A DNA stretch of 64,000 bases from positions 134,096 to 198,095 of the forward strand of contig JAPKZO010000039.1 of NCBI GenBank assembly GCA_026393755.1. Reading direction: 5' to 3'. Source of the DNA: Acidobacteriota bacterium (GTDB lineage Bacteria > Acidobacteriota > Vicinamibacteria > Vicinamibacterales > JAKQTR01). Positions 53,511 to 62,283 of the stretch are shown here, one piece after another; positions within the stretch are counted from its first letter, which is position 1, and the number at the start of each line of letters is the position of its first letter. A program made the position numbers and the translations under genes. The notes beneath the pieces were generated by a model. That model made no database searches. It was not told the origin of the DNA and saw only the letters and a program-made list of their open reading frames with translations.

Positions 53511-56247
53511 ACCAGTAGCTCACTTTGGCCATCACGACGTTGTCGGCGGGAGCGCCAACCAGGCTGGACATGTCCGAACCAAAGGCAAACTGTCCCGGCC
53601 GGGCGTAGTCTTCGCGCTGCTGCGTCCACACGAGGTAGACGGTCGAGCCTGGCTTGAATTCCCACCGGAAGACGGCGTTGACGCGAAGTGACTTGAAATT
53701 GAAATTCGGGTCGCCAAACGAGAACGGCGTCCCGCCGTCGCTGCCGGCCGGGTTGACGTTGTACGTGCCCGAGATCGGATCGAAGCCGATCGTACCGAGA
53801 TCAACGCCGTACCGTTGGAAGGTGAAGGTCCGCGGCGCCGCGGCCTGCTTGAAGTTGCTGTACCGGCCAACCGAGAGCAGGGGCTGCGCGAACACCTGCA
53901 GCGACATCCGCGGGCTGACCATGAGATTGACGCGCGTCGTCATGGACCATTCGGTCTGGTCGATCTCGCCAAACACATCTCGCCGGCCGAAGGTCGCCGA
54001 GGCGGCCGCATCGAGCGATGTCGTTACGTACTGCGCCACGCCGAACGACCGCAGCAGCGAAGGGCCGAGCTCAACGGTCAGGGCGGGGATCGGTTTCGCG
54101 GTGACGGTCACGGAGCCCGACGAATCCCACGAGTTCGATGAGGCTGTCGAGTAACTGCCATTCACGTTGAAGACGAGCAACTTTCGGCTGTCGGTGCTGA
54201 CCGAGGCGGTGTAGTTGCTGCCACCCGGGTCGCGCATCATCGGTCCGCCCCGCGTCAGGCGGTCGTCGAACGCGGTCATGACGTGTATCCCTGTCACATT
54301 AACCGACCAGTAATTCCGGAAGGTGGTTGAGCCGCTGAGGTAAGCTCCGTCACTCATCTTCTCGTGCGCGAAGTTCCACACGTACCACTTGACGGCAATC
54401 AGGTTTCGGGATCGGCTGAAGCGATCGGGTGTCGGCTTGAGCCAAAGGGCACCGGCGTGCATGCCCATCCGATCCGCCGTGTTCATGTACCCGACATCAT
54501 TGGCCTCATAGCCGGGGCTGACCGCCCAGAATGATGCGGCCGGCCGAAGACTGCCCGTGTTTCTCGTGAAGTCCGTCTGGAGATTCCAGCCCGTCAGTGC
54601 CTGCGCCGCCGGATCAAACGTGAGGTGTGTCGCGTCCGGACGCTGGAAGTAACGCGCTGACGCCCGTTCGAGCCGTGAGATCGCGGCCGGGGAACCCGCG
54701 ACGCGGCTGGCCGACAGGGCACCCGTCACGACGTAGTCGCGCCCGCTGCTGAGGAAGGCGTGGCCGTCCACACCGATGACGTACGCCTCATCAACGAGGC
54801 GATCTCGAAGGCTGTCAGTCTGCAGACTCCGATTCACCAGTGTCGCGAGCATCCCGATTCCCCCGCGCCGGCCCAGGTCGCGATACGCGCGCGCCGCCAC
54901 GTAGTTGGTCAGCGGTTCGATCTCGACGCGGCTGCGTGCCGAGCCGGTGGCGACATCGGCCCGCTCGGCCGAGGTCACCGCATCAATCAGATTGAACGTC
55001 CATCCGCTGGTCGTCTTGCCCGTGATCTTCGCCGCCCCGAGAATCGTCGTCGACCCCGGCGCATCGACGAAATCCCCACTGGCCGAACCCTGCGGCGCGC
55101 GGCCAATCCGGCGTGAATAGAACAGGGTCGGATTCGCTCGATTGAATCCCCAGGAACTGGACGCCCCGTTCCGGCCAAACCGGCTGAACACCTCGGATCC
55201 CTCGATGAAGAACGGCCGCTTCTCGTCGTAGAACGTCTCGAACGCCGACAGGTTGACGACGGCCGGGTCCACCTCGACCTGGCCGAAGTCAGGGTTGACC
55301 GTCGCATCCACAGTCACGTTGCTCGACACGCCCCATTTTGCGTCGATGCCGATGCTGCCTGCGAGGGTATGTCCGCTCGTGAACGGGTTGTCCGGCTCAA
55401 CGGTGCTCTTGGCCTCACCTTTCGCGGTGGCATAGGGCAGCAAGTCCAGGTGTCGGCGGCCCCGGACGCCGTCGAGATCGGTCACGTGCCCCGCTCGCGA
55501 CACGACGGCGCTGTCCTTCTTGGGCGCGAGCGACCACCAGTCTTCCTCATTGGTCCGTGTCACCGTGCGCACGAAGTTCACTCCCCACGTCTGGTGATCC
55601 GAGGCGGAGAACCTGAGCTGGGAAAATGGAATCCGCACCTCGGCCGTCCATCCCTGGTCGTCGATCGAGACAGCCGCCTCCCAGACGCCGTCCCATGAGT
55701 CGTCCTCGCTCGAATCGTTGAAGAGGACCCCGTCGCGCACGCTCCCGGCGGCCGTGACGGCAAAGAGGGCGCCGGTCAGGTGATCGTGGTGGGGATCGAT
55801 GCCGATGATGAGAGTGTCGGCCACGCCGCCCGAATCGGCATCGCGACGGGTGAGGCGATGGGCGATCTTCCCGGCCTCGCGGTCGAACATTCGCGCCCCG
55901 AAATAGATGGCGTCCGCGTCATACAGGATCCGAACCTCCGTGCGCTCTTCGGCAGGCGTGCCCTCGTTCGGATCGCGCTGAATGAAATGGGTGGCCGGCT
56001 CGGCCCGCTGCCAGTCCGCCTCGTCGAGACGGCCGTCGATTACGATGTGGCCCACGGTTCTGACGGCCCGAGCGCTGGGTACAGCCGCGGGTGTGGAGGG
56101 AGCGGCGGCCGGCTGTGCCCCGCACACGCTCGCAAAGATGAGGATGGAGATCAGGGCTCCGAATATCCCTCGTGCCCGTCGAATCGTCGATGTACCCGCC
56201 ACCATCGCTCCTGACTGCGGACGGAGGACCGTCTCAAGGTTAGACAC
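53500..56247 (-). CDS. Secreted CBM9-like + DUF5916 family protein
   Basis: After the signal peptide comes IVIDGRLDEADWQRAEP...FIQRDPNEG.PA.ERTEVRILYDADAIYFGARMFD, typical of the N-terminus of this family. A long beta-rich C-terminal region ends in KVSYWFSR. The 3' end overlaps cusA by 11 nt, convergently. Confidence 0.75.
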   Translation of the reverse strand: MSNLETVLRPQSGAMVAGTSTIRRARGIFGALISILIFASVCGAQPAAAPSTPAAVPSARAVRTVGHIVIDGRLDEADWQRAEPATHFIQRDPNEGTPAEERTEVRILYDADAIYFGARMFDREAGKIAHRLTRRDADSGGVADTLIIGIDPHHDHLTGALFAVTAAGSVRDGVLFNDSSEDDSWDGVWEAAVSIDDQGWTAEVRIPFSQLRFSASDHQTWGVNFVRTVTRTNEEDWWSLAPKKDSAVVSRAGHVTDLDGVRGRRHLDLLPYATAKGEAKSTVEPDNPFTSGHTLAGSIGIDAKWGVSSNVTVDATVNPDFGQVEVDPAVVNLSAFETFYDEKRPFFIEGSEVFSRFGRNGASSSWGFNRANPTLFYSRRIGRAPQGSASGDFVDAPGSTTILGAAKITGKTTSGWTFNLIDAVTSAERADVATGSARSRVEIEPLTNYVAARAYRDLGRRGGIGMLATLVNRSLQTDSLRDRLVDEAYVIGVDGHAFLSSGRDYVVTGALSASRVAGSPAAISRLERASARYFQRPDATHLTFDPAAQALTGWNLQTDFTRNTGSLRPAASFWAVSPGYEANDVGYMNTADRMGMHAGALWLKPTPDRFSRSRNLIAVKWYVWNFAHEKMSDGAYLSGSTTFRNYWSVNVTGIHVMTAFDDRLTRGGPMMRDPGGSNYTASVSTDSRKLLVFNVNGSYSTASSNSWDSSGSVTVTAKPIPALTVELGPSLLRSFGVAQYVTTSLDAAASATFGRRDVFGEIDQTEWSMTTRVNLMVSPRMSLQVFAQPLLSVGRYSNFKQAAAPRTFTFQRYGVDLGTIGFDPISGTYNVNPAGSDGGTPFSFGDPNFNFKSLRVNAVFRWEFKPGSTVYLVWTQQREDYARPGQFAFGSDMSSLVGAPADNVVMAKVSYWFSR

Positions 56248-56440
56248 ACGGCCTCAGGAGTTGGACGGGAGGGAGACCGGAATTGTTCTGTCGCCCCGTG
56301 CGATGGCCGTGCACCGTGCGCGTCTCGGGGTGCACACTCGCGCCCGTGGTTCCCGAACGCGTCCCGTTCATTCATAATGAGGCGGAGATGTTGCCAAGCC
56401 CTGCCGCCCATCTCGCCGTCTTCATCAAGATGACATCCCT

Positions 56441-57754
56441 GTGAATATCGCCCCGGATCGTCCGCTCCGCGCCAGATTCATTCTTGCCTTCTGGTTTCCG
56501 CTGGCAGCCACGTGGCTCATGATGGCGGTCGAAGGTCCGTACGTCGCCGCCATCATCGCGCGGATGCCCGATGCGGCATTCAACCTGGCGGCCTACGGTG
56601 TGGCGTTCGCGCTGGGGTGGCTCGCCGAATCGCCGATCATGATGCTGCTGACGGCGTCGAATGCGCTGGTGCACGACCGGCAGTCGTTTCTCGCCCTCCG
56701 GCGATTCACGCGGCTGTTGAACGCGGGCGTCACCGCGGTGCTGCTCGTCGGTGTCACCCCTCCGGTGTTTGCCTTTCTGACCGGCCGGCTGATCGGCCTG
56801 CCCCCCGAGGTGGCGCGCCTCGCGCACATCGCCACGGCGCTGCTGATTCCGTGGCCCGCGGCCATCGGCTATCGCCGGTTCTACCAGGGCATTCTCGTGC
56901 GCCATCATCTGACGCGGCGCGTCGCGTACGGCACGGTCGTCCGGTTGACCTTCATGTCGGTGACAGCCGCGGGTCTGGCGTGGACGACGACGCTTCCAGG
57001 CGCGGCAATCGGGGCGATGGCGCTCACGGCGGGTGTGGTGGCCGAAGCCGCCGCGAGCCGATGGATGGCACGGCAGATCGTCGCTCAGTTGCTGGCGGCA
57101 ACCGACGCGCCGTCGGCCTCAGCCCTGTCGCTGCGGGACATCGGCCGCTTCTACTATCCACTCGCACTCACCTCCGTGATTTCACTTATCACCGGGCCGC
57201 TGGTCACGTTCTTCCTCGGCCACAGCCGCTCGCCGATCGAGTCGCTCGCGGTCTGGCCGGTCATCAGCGCATTCGTGTTCCTGTTCAGAAGCGGCGGCAT
57301 TGGATACCAGGAAGTCGCCGTAGCCTTGATCGGAATCCGCCACCAGCACGTCCCTGAGGTGCGGCGCGTCGCCGGACTGCTGGCCGCAGCCGCCACCCTT
57401 GCCCTTGGGGTCATCGTCTTTACGCCCGTCGCCGACGTCTGGTTCCGGGTGGTGGCGGGCCTGCAGGGCGACCTGCGGGTATTCGCGATCGACGGAGCCC
57501 GCATCCTGGTGCTGCTGCCGGCGCTCGAGTACCTCCTCTCGTTCCAACGCGCGCGTCTGATTGTGGCGCGAAAGACCCGAATGGTGACCGTCGCCACCGC
57601 CATCGAAGCCGTCTGCCTCGCGGCTGCGCTCTTCCTGTCGGTGGGTACGTTCAACCTGGTGGGCGCTCTCGCCGCCGCGGTTGCGGTCATGCTGGGGCGG
57701 CTGGCCGCCAACGCGTACCTGCTGAGCCCGGCGAGCACGTCGGCCCGCGGTTGA
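56441..57754 (+). CDS. 12-TM membrane protein, MATE/MOP-superfamily-like
   Basis: GTG start, 437 aa, with internally duplicated 6+6 hydrophobic helices. The functional assignment is weak. Confidence 0.6.
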   Translation: MNIAPDRPLRARFILAFWFPLAATWLMMAVEGPYVAAIIARMPDAAFNLAAYGVAFALGWLAESPIMMLLTASNALVHDRQSFLALRRFTRLLNAGVTAVLLVGVTPPVFAFLTGRLIGLPPEVARLAHIATALLIPWPAAIGYRRFYQGILVRHHLTRRVAYGTVVRLTFMSVTAAGLAWTTTLPGAAIGAMALTAGVVAEAAASRWMARQIVAQLLAATDAPSASALSLRDIGRFYYPLALTSVISLITGPLVTFFLGHSRSPIESLAVWPVISAFVFLFRSGGIGYQEVAVALIGIRHQHVPEVRRVAGLLAAAATLALGVIVFTPVADVWFRVVAGLQGDLRVFAIDGARILVLLPALEYLLSFQRARLIVARKTRMVTVATAIEAVCLAAALFLSVGTFNLVGALAAAVAVMLGRLAANAYLLSPASTSARG

Positions 57755-57755
57755 C

Positions 57756-59513
57756 CTACTTCTTCCTTCGGGCCGTCACGGGGCCGGCCGGCGTTTGCAG
57801 CACGAGTACGGTTTCGCCAACGGTCGTCGCAAATGAGAGCGCCTGCTCGGCGCCACCCATTTCAAGCGAATAGACCACAAAGCGCCGGTTCGACACGGGC
57901 AGGTAGCGCAGTGCGGGGAGTTGCGGCATGCCGAGGATTCCCAGCAGACGCCGCGGCCCCCATACGTAGATGTTGAACACTGAGGCCTTCTCGAAATCGA
58001 GACGCACGATGGTCTGGACCGTGTCGCCTCCTCGGGGAACCGTCCCCAGCACGGCCGATTTGACGAACCTCCCGAGCCGTTGTTCGCGGTCGCGCATCAT
58101 CCCGGCTTCCTGCGTCTTGACGTCTTCGAGCGTTCTCTCACCGCCCATGGCCTCGCGCAAGCCCGAGCGATCTCCCTTGAACGAGCGCGATGAGATGTCG
58201 GCGGTTCTGGAGGTCAACTGGGCAAACCGCTCAGCCTGCCCCGCCGGCGGCGAAACGAGCGCCGCCATGGCTTCCTGATCATCGGCGCGGACGGCGAGTG
58301 CGTTGCCGTCGGCGGCGATCGCGATCGCGCCGCCCCCGGGCAGCGTCCAGCGGCCGGCGAGCGGCGCCAGCGTCTCGGGTGTGACGGTGACGACAACCGG
58401 TGGCATCGCCACCGCTCCGCCGAATAGAATCCGATCGAGGACCTGCACGACAGGGCTGGCCTTCATCTCCGCGTTGGTTGACGTCAGGAAGAGCATCGCG
58501 TCTTCGTCGGGGAACCGGAGGAACTCGGCCACATAGACGCCGTTCCCGCCGTTGTGTTGAACGACAGTCGTTCCCCGCACGGTCTTGCCGACAGCCCAGC
58601 CGTAGGCATAGAACGAGCGTGCGGCGGGTCCCTCGGCAACGTATGGCTTGACGTACTTTGCCCGCGCCTCCTTCGACAGGACCGCATCGCTGTTGAGCGC
58701 GCGGTGCCACGCCAGCATGTCGTCCAGCGTCGTGTGCAATCCGCCATTGCCGCGCAGCATCCAGTAGGGCGCCTCCGGCGGCTCGATGCGCTTGAGGATG
58801 GTGCCCCAGTCCTGGCCGTCGCGGTACCCGTGCGCAATGCGTGATGCCGCCCACGCTGGAGCTTTGTAGCCCGTCTCGAGCATGCCCGCCGGCTTCAGCA
58901 CGTGCTCGATCAGGTACGTCTCGTAGGACGTGCCGGACACCTTCTCCACGATCGCGGCCAGCAGGCTGTAACCGGCGTTCGAGTATTCGTAGCCACTGCC
59001 GGGCGGGAAGAGCAGCGTCGACTGCAGTGCGCGCCGCACGTATTCCTCACGCCCGACCGGCTCATAGTCGGTCGGACTGAAGTCCGATTCAAGGCCCGAT
59101 GAATGGGTCAGCAGATGATGCAGGGTGATGGCGGCCTTGTCGGCAGGCACGCCGTCGAGGTACTTGCTGGCCAGGTCGGTGACGGCGAGTCTTCCCTGCA
59201 TCTCAAGGGTGAGGATGGCGGCCGCCGTGAACTGCTTGGTGATGGAGCCCAGGTTGTACACGCTGGCGGTGGTCAGAGGAATGTTCCGCGCCCTATCGGC
59301 CAGGCCGTACGACTTCTTCAACAAGACGTCTTTGCCGCGAACCGCGAGCGCGCCGCCAGAAAAACCGAACCGTTCGAGCCGGGTCAGGTACTCGTCGAGC
59401 CGCTTGCCGACCTCGCCGCTCACGATAGGCCGGTCGTCGGCCAAAGCGGGGCCGGCGGCGGAGGCCAGAACCACGAGCATCGTCGCGAACAGAGATCGCA
59501 CGAATCGGCGCAT
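57756..59513 (-). CDS. Serine hydrolase of the beta-lactamase/PBP4* family
   Basis: ATG at 59513 gives the signal peptide MRRFVRSLFATMLVVLASAAGPALA. The SxxK motif LGSITKQF and a YSN motif (YEYSNAGY) are present, followed by an extra C-terminal domain of about 200 aa. Confidence 0.85.
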   Translation of the reverse strand: MRRFVRSLFATMLVVLASAAGPALADDRPIVSGEVGKRLDEYLTRLERFGFSGGALAVRGKDVLLKKSYGLADRARNIPLTTASVYNLGSITKQFTAAAILTLEMQGRLAVTDLASKYLDGVPADKAAITLHHLLTHSSGLESDFSPTDYEPVGREEYVRRALQSTLLFPPGSGYEYSNAGYSLLAAIVEKVSGTSYETYLIEHVLKPAGMLETGYKAPAWAASRIAHGYRDGQDWGTILKRIEPPEAPYWMLRGNGGLHTTLDDMLAWHRALNSDAVLSKEARAKYVKPYVAEGPAARSFYAYGWAVGKTVRGTTVVQHNGGNGVYVAEFLRFPDEDAMLFLTSTNAEMKASPVVQVLDRILFGGAVAMPPVVVTVTPETLAPLAGRWTLPGGGAIAIAADGNALAVRADDQEAMAALVSPPAGQAERFAQLTSRTADISSRSFKGDRSGLREAMGGERTLEDVKTQEAGMMRDREQRLGRFVKSAVLGTVPRGGDTVQTIVRLDFEKASVFNIYVWGPRRLLGILGMPQLPALRYLPVSNRRFVVYSLEMGGAEQALSFATTVGETVLVLQTPAGPVTARRKK

Positions 59514-59693
59514 GAACACCTCCACAATCTGAAACCCAGCATATCCCAGGGAAGTAGACGCGCTGCGGCCGGCGCCGGTTCGGTATGCAGGACAATCGCG
59601 CCGTCGGCCTCGTCCTACGCCAAACACGGACTGCGGTCGATGTTGTCGTGGAATTGTCTACAGTAGCAGCTTCGTCGAGCCGAAACATGAAGA

Positions 59694-60476
59694 ATGCAGG
59701 GACCGGCCCGCTTCGCACGGTGGATGAACGACCATCAACACAAGGATCGGAAGACCGGTCGTGTGTACCGCTACCACTCCCGGAGCGACGCCCATTCAAT
59801 TGCACTCTGCGAGGAAATCCTCAAGGACCTGCTCGACACTTCTCCCACTCTGCGCAAGCACGCCGCACTTGGAATCCTGTCGTACGAGATCAACTGCAGG
59901 TTCACGTGGCCGTCATCTGGCAAGACGAAGACGCTTGACCTCGCAATCGGAACGGCCCAAGATCCGCTTCCGCCGGCCGGTGGGGCACTAATCCGTCAGG
60001 GTGCCATCGCGGATGTCTTGATAGCCTGTGAGGCCAAGACGGTGATGACCGAGCACGGGAAATCCAAGCCTCGTGTGTACGACGAATTGAGCTCATCCCA
60101 CGAAATCGTCCACCAGGGTCGGCCCGATGCCATCGCAGCTGGAATCACCGTCGTCAATATCGCCTGGACCTTCGTCTCTCCGTTGCGCCGACAACCAGGT
60201 CAGGGAATATACGTTTCTGATCACAAGCAGCCTGAGGCGGCCGCTGGAATGCTCCTGCATTTGAGAGGATTGCCGATTCGGGACGAGGTCGGCAAGGTCG
60301 GATTTGATGCCTACGCTTCCGTCGTGATCGACTGCGACAACGTCACGAAAGTCAAGCTATGGACTGACCCACCCGCGCCACAGCCCGGCGACAGGGACCA
60401 CTACGCTACGTTCATCACTCGGATAAGCCGCTTCTACGACGAACGCTTCTCGACGCTGCCTGCGCGCCGGTACTAG
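59694..60476 (+). CDS. Hypothetical protein with a PD-(D/E)xK-like motif; candidate restriction endonuclease
   Basis: 260-aa ORF in a lower-GC segment. TLDLAIG ... (30 aa) ... LIACEAKTV fits a D-(x)n-ExK nuclease core. It is convergent with, and overlaps the 3' end of, a DNA methyltransferase. No family was recognised. ATG 59724 is an alternative start. Confidence 0.5.
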   Translation: MQGPARFARWMNDHQHKDRKTGRVYRYHSRSDAHSIALCEEILKDLLDTSPTLRKHAALGILSYEINCRFTWPSSGKTKTLDLAIGTAQDPLPPAGGALIRQGAIADVLIACEAKTVMTEHGKSKPRVYDELSSSHEIVHQGRPDAIAAGITVVNIAWTFVSPLRRQPGQGIYVSDHKQPEAAAGMLLHLRGLPIRDEVGKVGFDAYASVVIDCDNVTKVKLWTDPPAPQPGDRDHYATFITRISRFYDERFSTLPARRY

Positions 60477-61584
60477 GGCGCGGCCCCTGAGGTCTCGTCG
60501 TTCCCTTCTGTGTCCTGCTTTGACCGGACTCACTTCTGGCAGACTCAGAAGCGCTCGCTGGATGAAAACTGAAGTGTGCCCGCGAGAAGAAGTTGCTCTG
60601 CGATTCTGCAAGTCGGCTCTTCAGAAACTTGAAATACTCAGCATCCAGCTCAACCGATATGCTGTTACGTCCAGACTTGGATGCGGCCAGCGTTGTCGAG
60701 CCTGTGCCTCCAAATGGATCCAAGACGGTATCGCCGACGAAACTGAACATCCGAATGAGGCGTTCCGCGAGCTCTACTGGATAGGGAGCCGGGTGGTCCT
60801 TGGTTGACGCCCCTGTCAGTCCAGACCAGATCTGCTGAAACCACACGCGGTGATCTTCTGCAGAAATCACGCTCAAGATCCGGGCGGCGAGGGAGGGGGT
60901 TCTGTATCCACTAGCCTTGCGCTGCATCAGAATGAATTCGATGTCGTTCTTGATGACAGCATTCGGTTCGTAGGGTTTGCCAAGGAACCCTCCGCCACCT
61001 TCCACCTCGTACACCGCATTTGAGATTTTGTGCCAGATAATCGGCGCCAGATTGTCAAAACCGATCGCCCTGCACTGCTCTTGGATTGAAGCGTGCAAGG
61101 GAACCACCATGTGGCGTCCGCCATTCCGCTTGCGGGAAAGGCACACGTCACCGACGACGACTATGAGCCGGCCTCCCGGCACAAGCACTCGGAAACAATG
61201 TCGCCAGACCTTGCCGAGTTCCGTCAGAAACTCCTCATAGTCCTCGACGTGCCCGAGTTGACCCTCAGTATCGCGGTATTTCTTAAGCGTCCAGTATGGT
61301 GGTGACGTGACGACGAGATGAAGGCTCTCATCGGGTAAGAAGTCCAACGACCGAGAATCGTGGCAGTACAACGAATGGTGAGTGGGAATATCTCGGAGCC
61401 TGGAGTGGATCAGCCCGGTGAGTTTGGGATCTCGGGCGATCCTGGGAATGCCAGTCTTGTCGTTCTCCAGCGAGCCGATCTCTGGCGGGAGGAACGCATC
61501 GAGATCCGGCGCGAGTTGAGACGACGCGTCAGGGGTTTTCATCTTGGCTCTGCTAATCCTAACATCGTCCGCAAATGCGCGCAC
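60415..61584 (-). CDS. Beta-class N4-cytosine/N6-adenine DNA methyltransferase (N6_N4_Mtase family)
   Basis: Motif IV VVTSPPYW precedes motif I LDPFGGTGST (beta-class order). HPAPYPVELAERLI is also present. The ORF-track start at 61584 is a GTG, and ATG 61542 (MKTPDAS) is the alternative. The last 55 aa or so are low-complexity and overlap the neighbouring ORF. Confidence 0.9.
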   Translation of the reverse strand: MRAFADDVRISRAKMKTPDASSQLAPDLDAFLPPEIGSLENDKTGIPRIARDPKLTGLIHSRLRDIPTHHSLYCHDSRSLDFLPDESLHLVVTSPPYWTLKKYRDTEGQLGHVEDYEEFLTELGKVWRHCFRVLVPGGRLIVVVGDVCLSRKRNGGRHMVVPLHASIQEQCRAIGFDNLAPIIWHKISNAVYEVEGGGGFLGKPYEPNAVIKNDIEFILMQRKASGYRTPSLAARILSVISAEDHRVWFQQIWSGLTGASTKDHPAPYPVELAERLIRMFSFVGDTVLDPFGGTGSTTLAASKSGRNSISVELDAEYFKFLKSRLAESQSNFFSRAHFSFHPASASESARSESGQSRTQKGTTRPQGPRPSTGAQAASRSVRRRSGLSE

Positions 61585-61669
61585 GGACCTCGAATGGTCC
61601 CCTGAACAGCATCGTCATGTCGTCGTGCTCTGTGCCTCATCTCACACCGGACAGGCACTCTGTCGCCGG

Positions 61670-61735
61670 GTCCGAAGACCCGGCCAGGCCGCACCGCCTC
61701 GGCCTCAATCTCGCGACGCGTCCGAAGACCCGGCC
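61670..61735. repeat. 16-nt direct repeat GTCCGAAGACCCGGCC x2 (50-nt period); the first copy sits in the hairpin GCCGGGTC-cgaa-GACCCGGC
   Basis: Read directly at 61670-61685 and 61720-61735, in the non-coding stretch between the methyltransferase and the transposase remnant. Confidence 0.4.
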
Positions 61736-61846
61736 TTCAACGCTAGAGGCCCAGCCCGCCGATGCGTGCTGTCGGCCAATGTGTGACCCCGCTGTCTGGT
61801 TGTCCCGTCATTCATGCCAACCGCCGGTAGTTGTCAAAGTTGACCG

Positions 61847-62065
61847 ATGCGGCGGTTCACGTGCCTGACGAACGGATTTTCGAAGAAGGTCGAGAACCAC
61901 ATCTCGGCCGTGGCGCTTTACTTCATGTATTACAACTTCGCCCCAGTGCATCAGACGCTCCGCGTGACCCCCGCGATGGAGGCCGGTCTGGCGGACCACC
62001 TGTGGAGCCTCGGGGACACATTGCGCTTACTGGACGGGCAACAGGAGTTGGATACCCATCGTTGA
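61847..62065 (+). pseudogene. C-terminal remnant of an IS1/IS1595-like DDE transposase
   Basis: The 72-aa ORF MRRFTCLTNGFSKKVENHISAVALYFMYYNFAPVHQTLRVTPAMEAGLADHLWSL matches the conserved C-terminal tail (MRRFTRLTNAFSKK.ENH...HFMYYNF.R.HQTLRVTPAM.AG) of this transposase group. A stop codon lies immediately upstream, and no catalytic domain is present. Confidence 0.6.
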
Positions 62066-62283
62066 GCGCCCTGCGCCTGGATGTGCCGTGACGAGTAATT
62101 AGCCTCCGTCAGGAATCCCAGGCCTAAGCTAACGGAATACACCGCCGCGCAGAACAGGACAAAGCACAGCAACATATGGCCGACAATTCCAACGGTCCGT
62201 TCTTGATCGAGAGCCCGGCCGAGCGCAAAGAAAGAGAATAGGCCGAAGAAACACGACGCGAAAACAGACAGCGCAAGATCCAG

